Of a stretch of DNA of 40,741 nt, positions 1-10,071 are shown piece by piece. Every line of letters starts with the position of its first letter. Within the stretch, counting starts at the first letter, position 1. Source of the DNA: Perkinsus olseni (lineage: Eukaryota); assembly GCA_013115125.1 (NCBI GenBank), contig JABANN010000307.1, positions 1 through 40,741 on the forward strand, read 5' to 3'. The notes below the pieces were generated by a model. The model was not told where the DNA came from and did no database searches. It was given only the letters and a program-made list of their open reading frames with translations. The translations under genes were made by a program, and so were the position numbers.

Positions 1-30
1 TAGTTGAGAGAATGGAGTGATAATGCGAGG

Positions 31-1068
31 CTAGTATGAGCACAGCTCCATTGTGTTATGTAGACAGTGCACGTGTTGGTCCCACACAGTAGAAAAACCA
101 CCAGCGTAGGCGATGTCGCCGTAAATGATGCTCAACCTAAACTTCTCGTTGGCCCTCACGTGAGCCAGCACACGGCCAGGATCCGAGTCTGGGAACTGGA
201 GGACTCCGAAACCGCTGACACCTCCCAGAATGCCGCCACCAGTAGTCCCCAAGTCACCAACAAGGAACACGCTGTGCCTTAGAGGGTCTCCAGCGACCAG
301 GCGTGGGGAGGGAGTGAACGTTCTGGAGGTACCGCTGCCTGTTGTGATTCGGATCGTAGAACCCTGGGCTACGTTGGGAATCGTAACCGAGTGGAAATAT
401 CCGGGGTCCCTGAACCCTTGACGTGTAGCTGGAATAGAGCACATATCCTGTGCCTTGTAGGTGCGGGGGCTACTGGTCTCATCATAACGAGTGGGTGTAG
501 TGGTACCGGGCCTCTGGTAGGATACGCTACCTTGCTCACTGGAGGCACTCACCCAATGGACTTGAAGGTTATCATCACCAACAACAGTAACAGCTTGTGT
601 TGGCTCATCATCACCCTGGGCGAAGGTAAGATCTGTTGAACAGACATCCGTACCATCAGCAGTACGATAACTGACCGTGTAACCACCACCACGTGGGTTG
701 ACAGGTCGGAGATCATAACCATCACTCCCAGTCAAAGCCGAGACCAGCACGCGCAGCATGGATAGTGAGGGTGCATCCTTCGGGGAGAACACGATAGTAT
801 CTCCAGTTAGCGCCTGCCGGTCTTTGGCCAACTGTATCTTCACAGGGTCATAACTGTGCTGTAGAACGTTCGGGTTGAGTCGAAAGTGCGATCCACGGCA
901 ACTGGAAGGGCTCGAAGTAGGAGACCTGACAGTAGTGGCGGGAGGAGTACTGGTAGTGGTGGTGCTCACAGGCGAAGAAGACGAGCAGCCCGCAAGATGG
1001 CAAAAGAAAGCGACAAGCAGAACCGATGGGGCGACTTTGCCAATAGGATGGTCAACAAGACTGGGCAT
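31..1068 (-). CDS. Purple acid phosphatase-like metallophosphoesterase, paralog 1 (C-terminal part absent from window)
   Basis: ATG at 1068; hydrophobic N-terminus, FN3-like region (RQGFRDPGYFHSV), GDLG and GDIAY motifs; collinear with the 1429-3111 protein. Frame stops shortly after WDQ, so the GNH and GHxH motifs are missing (intron running off the window, or truncation). Confidence 0.8.
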   Translation of the reverse strand: MPSLVDHPIGKVAPSVLLVAFFCHLAGCSSSSPVSTTTTSTPPATTVRSPTSSPSSCRGSHFRLNPNVLQHSYDPVKIQLAKDRQALTGDTIVFSPKDAPSLSMLRVLVSALTGSDGYDLRPVNPRGGGYTVSYRTADGTDVCSTDLTFAQGDDEPTQAVTVVGDDNLQVHWVSASSEQGSVSYQRPGTTTPTRYDETSSPRTYKAQDMCSIPATRQGFRDPGYFHSVTIPNVAQGSTIRITTGSGTSRTFTPSPRLVAGDPLRHSVFLVGDLGTTGGGILGGVSGFGVLQFPDSDPGRVLAHVRANEKFRLSIIYGDIAYAGGFSTVWDQHVHCLHNTMELCSY

Positions 1069-1428
1069 TCGGGAAACAAAAGAAGCCCTGGTCCGAATCC
1101 TGAGGCCCACCGGCAACACGGCACAAGGAGTCGCGAGAAAAAAACGTACAAAGGCCCGCCTTATTGCGATAGCCAGACGATGAGTTCAAACGCTCGCAGA
1201 TTACAGGTTACCGTTGCATCATGCAAGTTGGTGAGACGATTACGTCACCAATGAGCGTTCCTTCCCGAAGCGCAAAGACTTCGTCAACAACAAAAGGTCG
1301 TCGGGCAAGCGGTTCCAAGTCCTTCACAAACCTATTACTTCAAATTTTAACTACGTCAAAGCACCTCGAGAAAAAGATGAAGCCGCCAGGCAGCCGTAGG
1401 ATTAGCAGTTGAATCAAGACGCAATTCA

Positions 1429-3111
1429 TCACTTTTGCAAGACATATCTGTCCATGACCTTAACACTCTGCCCACTAGCATTCGGCGGGTGTCCCCAAAA
1501 GATGCACTCGAGTATGCTTGCATTATGGACCTTCATCTCGGTGTAGCCAAGCACTGTATCATATACCACCTCCGACCACCACGGTCTGGTATGATCACAA
1601 GGGTAAGCGAGGTACCGAGGGGAGCCGATCAGGGCATGATAAGTGCCATTGATGGGCTTGGTCCGCTCATAGCGATGCCAGTGCCCAGTGACGAAGAGAT
1701 CAACACCAAATTCTTCGAGTAACGGTTTAATATCAGATTCCATGTGCTGCAAAATACCACTTTCCATTCCGGGGTTTGTGCAGGTCTGATAGACAGGACG
1801 GTGAGAAGTGAAGACCAGCCATGGCGTGACACTTCTGTTGACCTTGGAAAGATCATCTCTGAGCCACCGATGCTGGGCGCTGCCGTTGGTAAATTCATGT
1901 TCGCTCGACATCATCACATAGTGCACCAGACCGTGGTCGAAGGAGTACCACCAGGCGAAGCCAGAATCGTTAAACCTCGGATAACGATGCTTGAACGGCA
2001 CGCCACACTCGCCACCAGCGTCATTGAACATGTAATTATTAGTAAAGTTGGGCTGCCAGGTCTGAGAGTTGTTCGTAGAGCCCCACTCATGATTGCCAAC
2101 GCTGACCATGAGAGGGTTCTGCATACCGAAGGTGTCTTCTATTTCCGCGCCATATTGGTCCCAGAGGGTGAGGAAACCGTTGGCGTAGGCCAGGTCGCCA
2201 ATAAGTACGTTCAGACGAATGTTCTTGTTCGCTGTAATCGCCGTTTGAGCAGGGCTTTGAAAGTCACCATAGAAGATCTTACCAAACCCTTCAGCCCCTC
2301 CCAGGGTGGTGACACCAGTGAAGCCCAAGTCACCGAACAAACCCACGCTATGCGGGGTAGGGTCGCCCGGCGGTAGAGCACTAGACGGCTTGAACTCTTC
2401 CGACATGACTTCATCAGACCCAAATTTTACCGTCAAATCCGGTGAATTAGGAATGAGGACGGAGTGGAAGTAGCCGGGGTCGCGCCAACCCGAACCTTTC
2501 GCGGGAAGGTCGCAGAGATCATCAACAGTATACGTCATCGGGTCGGCCATCTCGAGGGATCTCACCCAGCCTGTGGACCCTGTCTTGTACAAGACCCTCC
2601 CTCGGGCACTCGAACCGCTCACCCAGCTGATACGAAGAGACCCATTCCCCTCTGAGGTGATGTGGCCTTGCGTTGGCTCATCATCTCCCAGCCGGAAGGA
2701 TACGTCCGCGATATAGATGACCGTACCGTGCGAGTCTTGCAATCTCAACTCATAACCACTACTACGGGCATTTACAAGGTTCACGATGGCAGTGCCTCCG
2801 GGGTGCTCGGATGTCTCCAGCCGACCCACGTAGTCCGAGAGGGCATCTTTCGCGAGGATATGGATAACGTGATTTGCACGGTACTCAGAAGTCCACGAAA
2901 CTAACAGCGGGTCGAAGCTCCTCTCAAGGATGTTTGTTGACAGTTGCAGAGGCGGGGGTGGCGGTGCAGGGGTTTTTGTGGTAGTAGCGGAGGATTCCCC
3001 CGATTTAGAACAGCCCTTGAGGACGACCACGGCTGTGAAGAAGCATAAGCCCGTTATGAGCCGTCTCACAGATCGTATTCGAAGCCGTGAACAAGATGAC
3101 GCAGAGCCCAT
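1429..3111 (-). CDS. Purple acid phosphatase (calcineurin-like phosphoesterase with FN3-like domain), intronless, 560 aa
   Basis: All five PAP metal-binding motifs in order: GDLG, GDLAY, GNHE, FTSH, GHWH; also GWRDPGYFH, GGECGVP and WYSFDHGLVHYVMMSSEH. Confidence 0.93.
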   Translation of the reverse strand: MGSASSCSRLRIRSVRRLITGLCFFTAVVVLKGCSKSGESSATTTKTPAPPPPPLQLSTNILERSFDPLLVSWTSEYRANHVIHILAKDALSDYVGRLETSEHPGGTAIVNLVNARSSGYELRLQDSHGTVIYIADVSFRLGDDEPTQGHITSEGNGSLRISWVSGSSARGRVLYKTGSTGWVRSLEMADPMTYTVDDLCDLPAKGSGWRDPGYFHSVLIPNSPDLTVKFGSDEVMSEEFKPSSALPPGDPTPHSVGLFGDLGFTGVTTLGGAEGFGKIFYGDFQSPAQTAITANKNIRLNVLIGDLAYANGFLTLWDQYGAEIEDTFGMQNPLMVSVGNHEWGSTNNSQTWQPNFTNNYMFNDAGGECGVPFKHRYPRFNDSGFAWWYSFDHGLVHYVMMSSEHEFTNGSAQHRWLRDDLSKVNRSVTPWLVFTSHRPVYQTCTNPGMESGILQHMESDIKPLLEEFGVDLFVTGHWHRYERTKPINGTYHALIGSPRYLAYPCDHTRPWWSEVVYDTVLGYTEMKVHNASILECIFWGHPPNASGQSVKVMDRYVLQK

Positions 3112-3545
3112 TGATGGGGTAGCAACCTACGCAGGAGAGTAAGCGTGAGTGAGGTTACCACGCGGACCGACTCCGCCGGAATCCGTCAGAGCGCACAACG
3201 GCAACTTGTGCGCCACAAGAAATATGAAATTCTTGTAACGAGAGATCCGCAGGAGTTCGATAAAATTCAACACTAGAGCTAGCAATAGGTACAGCCATAA
3301 AGTTATGGCTGTAATAATGGCGGATACGAGCTCGCCCCAGCCTTCCGCTCCCAGGATGTGGAGGTAGGGTACTAGAGGCTGCTGATTCGACCCAGAGTGG
3401 GTATGGAGTCAGGCGGCTCTAGTGTCCTACTGAACCGTGGTGGCTTCCAACTGCTGGTTGGCAACAATCACTGTTCACACCCTCACCCTCTGCATCACTA
3501 TCACCACGTTAAGAGAGGATAACGAAAATCTCCTCACATTCCGCG

Positions 3546-4191
3546 GGCACGTCCATCGGGTGTCACTAAATTCTCCGTCCTAATCACTAAAAGTAGCGCG
3601 CGCCCAACTGATCGATATCTGCGCACCGCGTTCCCCAGGCACGTGTTGCGTTTTGCACTGCTCATAGCGCACATGGCCCATCGTATACAACCAGCGAACA
3701 CGTTCCGCTCTCGGCATGGTGATGAAGTTGGCCCTCAGCAGAAAAACAAAAGAATCGCCACCAGAAACCCGAAGGATTACCCAAGGCAACCCGAAACCGG
3801 AAGGTTTACCAAGGCAACCCGAAACCGGAAGGGTTACCCAAGGCAACCCGAAACCGGAAGGTTTACCAAGGCAACCCGAAACCGGAAGGGTTACCCGAGG
3901 CAGCCAGAAACCCGAGGGATCACCCAAGGCAACCAGAAACCGGAAGGGGCTATGTAAATTCCTCCGGAGTCCGGAGGAATCGGCAGCAATGGGAAAGCGC
4001 GTAGATATCGATCAGTTGGGCGCGCGCAACCAGGAACCCGAAGGGTTACCCAAGGGCACTTTAATCGACTCCGGTTTCCGGAGTCCGGAAGAGGCGGCAG
4101 CAGTAGGGAAGCGCGCAGATATCGATCAGTTGGGCGCGCGCTAGATTTAGTGATTAGGACAGAGAATTTAGTGACAGCCGATGTTTGTGCC
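3546..4191. mobile_element. Non-autonomous DNA transposon (MITE-like; Merlin- or Mutator-type ends)
   Basis: 79-bp terminal inverted repeats 3546-3624 / 4113-4191 (7 mismatches) starting GGCAC; perfect 9-bp direct repeat CATTCCGCG at 3537-3545 and 4192-4200; no transposase. Confidence 0.9.
3756..3951 (+). repeat. Minisatellite, about 7 copies of a 28/29-bp unit (CCAAGGCAACCCGAAACCGGAAGG(T/G)TTA(C)) inside the transposon
   Basis: Directly visible; central copies alternate 28 and 29 bp, forming a 57-bp higher-order unit; outer copies are degenerate. Confidence 0.95.
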
Positions 4192-5119
4192 CATTCCGCG
4201 CGTCACGTTACATCTTGCTCTCTTGCGATTCCTCAACGACCGGGACTCATCCTCATCCTTCTCAGGTGGATGAAGTTCGGCATGTAATCATGGCTACAAC
4301 AGAACTTGGGGCCGCTAGCCGATGTCGGGCCACTGATCATAACACCACGGGTTCCGATCTACAACCGTTGTGCCCCAGCCGGCGTCCTTGGGGTTGGTTC
4401 GGTTGGCCTAGTGGCATGCTGATGAGTGATAAGCCTTCGACCAGTCATTTTTGACAGAAGCAGCGGCGAAGGCCTTCATTCCGATCCTCCAACCACCCAA
4501 TAGGATGACGTTCAGTTGTGACGCATCTATTGCCAAAGGTACCTGACCTCGCTGTGGCCACAAGTATGGCGGAAGAACCGCTGGTCGTGAGCATACTTGT
4601 GTTACGTTGGAAATCACGAGCATTCAAAGCGTTGTTGCATACTACACCATTTCCCGATAAAAACCTCTCACAAGCCCATTATGAGGGTGATCACTCTACT
4701 TAATTTTTGTCACAAATTTTATTTTTTTGTCGAACAATATTCACCCGAAATTTATTTCTCGTCATGCTCGATCTGAAGTGTATAGCAATCGGTTTGAAGT
4801 CAAACCGCTTCATGGCGTCACGACCTATTCATGGTAGGCTGCAGTGTAATCGATACACTTCTTCGACCTGCGTGACTACGCCAGTGCCTAGGGGCAACCA
4901 CGTGTTGTGATTGTTGCGGTACTCGACTGCCATGGTAACCTCGTCAGAGTACTCTTGGAGTATTCGTTTGATCAGTAAATGGTGTAGACATTATAGTAGG
5001 CTTTTCGGTGGCGCCATTAAACATGAGGCTTTTAAGCGTTGGCAACAGTCTCGCAATAGACGTTCAACGAATCTGCGCTCTGTGACATGCGAAAGTGACA
5101 GATGTGAAGCGCTGTGTAG

Positions 5120-5879
5120 ATGTTGCTTCGCACGTCCATGACGGCGCTGGCGACGTCGCAGTTTCTGGGGATGAATGATCGCTCAAGAAGAGCCGGAGGG
5201 CTCATACCCTCTCACCATCACCAGCTAGTGGGCCTGACGAGCAGTTGCCGTTCCTCAGTCTGTGAGGCAGGCTGATTGTCGCTGTTATCCGCTTTGTACG
5301 CCAGCACGGCCCATCTCCTACCAAGGTGGTGGGTCGACTGAGAAGTAACGGATGCATCAACCTCGCTTAAGCTTGCGGACGTCCAGAGGCTTCCCCATAG
5401 CCGCCCCTGCTTTCAGTACATGTCATGACTCAGTTAAGGCAATGTGTGCGCGTGTGCAAGTTTATAGGCAGACTTTACCGATGGGCTCGATTCCGTGGTG
5501 GCTTTTGGCGCTGATCGTTACGAAGAGATTATAAGGCGCTTTCTCGGAAGGCTTCTCTCAGGGGGTCTGCTCAGACTGAGAAGCTTCCTTTTTTCAAGTC
5601 GCCAAGTTTTCGGGAAATTTTGGCATATCCATTATCCGCAGAATTCATCATCTCAGGATGACTTGTTCGTCACATGCCCAATACTCGGCCCTCTACGTGA
5701 CCCTTCCCCCAGTCGAATTCGAGCGTGTATCGCTCCTCATCCTGACCCTAGAGAAGCTCTACAGCCCGACTGAGTTCGTGCTGCCCGACCGACCGAGCAA
5801 CTCCGTCAAGGCCACCATCAAGCGAGCGATAAAAGGCCGGTGGAAGATGTGCGCTGATCGACTGTCGCGGTTGATTTGA
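5120..5879 (+). CDS. Possible small spliced hypothetical gene or gene remnant
   Basis: Coding-looking segments after AG sites (ADFTDGLDSVVAFGADRYEEIIRRF; YSALYVTLPPVEFERVSLLILTLEKLY...); no consistent model or recognisable family. Confidence 0.25.
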
Positions 5880-5984
5880 CTTTGATTAAAGTGACCCATG
5901 ATCACGTGTAAAATTGAAGTTGTGGTATGGTCTTGCGCTCAGAGTTGGGCAAAAAGCACTCTTCAACACAAAAGCCTCTTCAGT

Positions 5985-8900
5985 CTAGACACTCTCATCA
6001 ATATATTCAATAGTGAGAATCATGGGATAGCACACCATAGTGATAAGGGAAGTCCATCCGATAGCGCAAGGGACAGCGAAGAGCAGGTGCACCTGCATTG
6101 GCCACTCGGCGGAGGTACAGTCCTCCGAGTAACTTACCAAATTCACACCACCCACCATTGACGCGTTGAACACGATCATGGCAGTGGAGAATGGCAAAGT
6201 CGAAATACACGCGGCAACCAGGCGGACACCGAAGCGAAGTATATCGTCATCATCAGGATTACCTGTTGGATTATCGGAGTTAGTCCACCAATGAGCGCCA
6301 GATCGACTAAGCCGCTAACTAATTCTGTCATGGGCGTGGGAACTTCCCGCGCCTTTCTCTTCCCACTGAGACTACAGCTCGTCGTCCCGAATCGACGGCA
6401 GCAATAGAGGTCGACCGGGGGGAGCGTCTTCTCTCCGGCTAATCGATTCGCGACATGAGCTCTTCTCCCAGCGTCACGCGAGGTCGTGGATGGAAGGCTG
6501 GGGTTTTTGTGATCGATATCGAACTCAGTACTCGAGATTGCACCTAGTCGAATGGCCTAAGTCTTGTTGTAAATTACGTAATTGCCGGGAGGATCTAGTC
6601 ATAAGCTATGACTCACCCTCCAGCTAGGTTATGACTCATAACCCAGCTGGAGAGCATGACGGCAAAAACAGCAAGTACGAAAATTCGCGAGAGCACTCCT
6701 CATGCGCCTTCGCACCTCTTGTGTTGAGTTTGGGCCGATACAGTAGCTGATTCGACAACGCTGATAAGAGAATCGTGAGCATCGCCACCTGAAAGTAAGC
6801 GGGCAAATCCGCCGGTACTCAAGGGTTGTTGACTGTTGACGTGAGCACCATGTTAGTGAAGTGCCAGGGATGCTCTGCCGTGTCACAGTGAGTCGGATCG
6901 AGCAGACAGAGCTGACATCGTTCTCCGCCAGCATCGTACCACCTGAGACGACCAAGCTTCTGTGGCCCACAATCATCTCTCGAAACTTTCGATGGCTTGC
7001 GCTACAACAAGGAGAATCTGTGGCCGCCTTAGGGCCTATAAGGCCTGGTCGCGACCAATTGGCAAGAATAAGAAGAAGACCATCATCTCGCTGAACGTCT
7101 CGTTCGTGCGCATCATACACTGCCAGTGGTGGGCTAAGTTGCGCTAGATACGCTTATGTTTAATCTATCGCAAGTCGAGTAAACAAACTCCTTTGAGTTG
7201 CCGTGTTCCGCTACAGTAAGCAATCATGAAGATACTTCGAAGACTCTCCATAGAGTTGCTGCGACACCACTGGAAGCTCCTACCGGTAGAGATAGAGCAG
7301 AATCCCAACTTGCAGGGGCAAGTCGTGAAGGACACTCTTGAGTCCGACCAGCCAGGCGAAACTCGTGGAGGCCCCTCGAACGTTTTCGGTAGAAGCCCCG
7401 CCGAACCATCGCCAAACTAGAACGCATGATATCAGTGTGATCCAGCAGGAAACTCCAACCTGAGATGACAGAGACGACGCGTCCTGACGGCATCCGGAAC
7501 GGTAGCATACGAATAGCAGGTGGTAGAAGTGGCAACCTTGAGAGAGCCATTTCTGTGCCGGCGAGCAATCGTTCTACCGCGGGGCGATGGTGTGTGTGCC
7601 AGTCTAAAGTCCAACGCCGTCACCAGCTAAGTTCGACTTGCTGCCGATGCGCTTCTGGCAACGTAACGATAAGCTCTCTGTGCGATGTTTAAAAATACAT
7701 GCAGCATTGAGAGTTACAGCCCAACGTGAGACTTGTGAGAGAGTAGAGTAAGCGAGAGTTTAAGGTCCAACGCCGTCGCCGGCTTAGGCTGGGTGCCGAT
7801 GTGCTGGCACCTTAACGATGGGCTCTCTGTTGCGCTATTCAGTTAACTCGAATGCTGCTGCTACAACTGGCGGGCGGAACGAACCAGGAACAAACCATCT
7901 CGTTCAAGCCACGTTGTTGTTGCGCTGTAGCAAGCGTCTCTCACCAGGTATCTCGAAGCCGCCAAGTGGAAGTGCTCCTCGCCAACTGCATGGTCGCTGA
8001 GGGCGTGCCACGCCTTAGGCACGGAACATACTGGATGGGAGCGCACCTGAGCCGCGACAGGAGTCCTCCTTGACTTTTCCGTTATGATCTTCTTTAACGG
8101 TGCGTGAACCCTTCGTTGCTATGGAGTAGGGACAAGACTGCAGTGATGCTTTTAAGGTAAAATCCTGGTACTAAAGCAACGAACCCCTCAACAGTGAACA
8201 ATATTTGCACCGGAGAAGTTGCCGTCAATTCGTCACAATAGCGGTAACGAAAACCATTATTGGGCAACTTTCTGTTACGGGCTGTTAACGACCGCGGTTA
8301 CGGTTTAAGGATGCAAAAAAACTGCGGAATTCACAGCTTGACGTGGTGACATTTACCGCACAAAACAGTCTTTGGGTCCCAAACACTCAATTTGAACTTC
8401 ACAGTCGTGTTAAGTTGAGCGCTCCGAAGCCTCACCATTTCCAAGTGGGGTATGTCAGCATCCTCTACGAAGATCCTCAGTCGTTCTCGCGGCGCCTCGA
8501 AGGTCGAATCATCACCGTAGCCAACACTTCGCGTGGTATCGACGATAAGGCCGTCCCATTTTATCGGTTCCGAGAGCTGGGCGGCTGACTCAGTGCCTAG
8601 GCAGCAGCAGCGGTACTCGAGATTTGTGAGAGCGAACCAACCAGACAAGTGCGCCAATCGCCGGAGCTTTCAGGAGCCGTGGAGAGATGATGATCAAATC
8701 AGGATCTCATCCAGGCAAAATGTGGCGTGCGACTAAAGCCCCCCACAAGAACTGGGCACATCGGTGAGAGTCTGAAGAAGTCGGTACGCGTACGGTTATC
8801 TTCAATGCATTTCTGATTTTATTGGAAATCCTCGGAGCTGGGGAGAACATGATGTCGGTTCCAGTTGAACAGAAGAGATGATTAGGGGAAACTCAGGTAA

Positions 8901-9898
8901 ATCGCATATTGCATGCCCGGTTCAAACACGCAGGCCGACTAAACAGCGTTGACAAGACGGCAGCCTACTCTCATCGAGGACCATGATGCTGTGCACGCCG
9001 TAGTTCCGAGGTCTGTAGAATGTCTCAGGTGGGCCCTGGCTTCCACCACTTCTTGTTATGCGCACCTGAGCCGCAGACAGCTCCTAAGTGCACTCATCGA
9101 CTGAGCATCGGCTCTCGCGTAGTCAAGGCGAAGCTCTTGGCGTGTTTAAACGCTGAACTCGTCGGAGGTACTGAGCTCCTCAATGCCAAACGAGTGCTCC
9201 GACGAGCTTCAGTGGAAGGCACGCACGATAAAAGACCAATAGAGACAGTCCTTGTCAATACAGTTCAACAACCGTTGTTCAACAAAGGCGGTACTTCTCC
9301 CAGCCTGATCGAGCTCTGACAGCGTTACCGAGTATCTCTCATGGAACTTCGGCCCGTTCGGCCCCTCCGGCACGACCACCAAAATGAACGTCGGTGGTGT
9401 GCTGGTCGTCTGGAACGTGAATGTAAAATCTCTCGCCCCGTGATGTTGTAATGGGAACTCGTCGTAGAATCTGTCGAAGGCCTCTGGTCAAACTAGGCCC
9501 TGACTCGCTCTCCGTACGCGAGCTTCCAAGCGTCCGATACACAGACACCGTACGAGAGGTGCTCCGCCTGGCCGCAGTGCTGCTGTATGAGGCGATCGTG
9601 GTACTGCAAGTTGGTGTCAATCTCGAAGTAAAGCCTCAACGCACAGAAGAAGCTGACCAGGTGTATCTTATCAACGTGAATCTTCCATGGATCGAGCTAA
9701 GATTCCTACCGCCAACCAGATGAATGCAGTAGGCGCATTGATCTCGCGACGTGAGAAGATGTCCGTTGTGAACTCCGGGAAGCAAATCCCAGCAGAGGGC
9801 TCCTCTCGACCAACGACCGCCTTGGCAGTCGAGGAAGAGCGCAAGTCCCTCGCCGGCCCGCTCCAGTTGTGCAGCTCTACTGGTGTCTGCTCAGACAT
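5985..9898 (-). CDS. Uncharacterised multi-pass membrane protein, about 470-500 aa, 11 exons
   Basis: Phase-consistent GT-AG model: 9898-9710, 9666-9549, 9483-9227, ~9085-8969, 8596-8436, 8046-7945, 7459-7284, 6942-6849, 6788-6716, 6262-6138, 6092-5985 (exon 3/4 boundary ambiguous). One N-terminal TM segment, a ~270-aa soluble region and about 5 C-terminal TM segments. Confidence 0.8.
7605..7838 (+). repeat. Degenerate ~80-bp direct repeat (two copies, period 156) in an intron
   Basis: TAA(A/G)GTCCAACGCCGTC...TGCCGATG...CTGGCA...TAACGAT...GCTCTCTGT at 7605-7686 and 7761-7838. Confidence 0.75.
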
Positions 9899-10071
9899 TG
9901 TGACGGGCTTGCACAATAATTGCCTCCGCTCCTTAATTCTCTCTAGCTAACACAATTGTCCCTTCTGTGTCTTAACCTAGTTGATCAACTCTCCTTGTTC
10001 AGTCCGAGTTGGAATACGCAGACTTTCATCGATTGAGGAACGTGCACTGAGAACACCACGCTCGATCACAG

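Noticed and set aside
3756-3951. CRISPR-like array of ~28-bp repeats
   Set aside because: Units are head-to-tail with no unique spacers, and there are no cas genes.
3580-4144. Three overlapping ORFs with repeated peptides
   Set aside because: Artefacts of the satellite inside the transposon; no transposase motifs.
8514-8523. ACCGTAGCCA match to the start of the perkinsid/dinoflagellate spliced leader
   Set aside because: Only 10 nt match, it diverges immediately, and it lies antisense within a coding exon.
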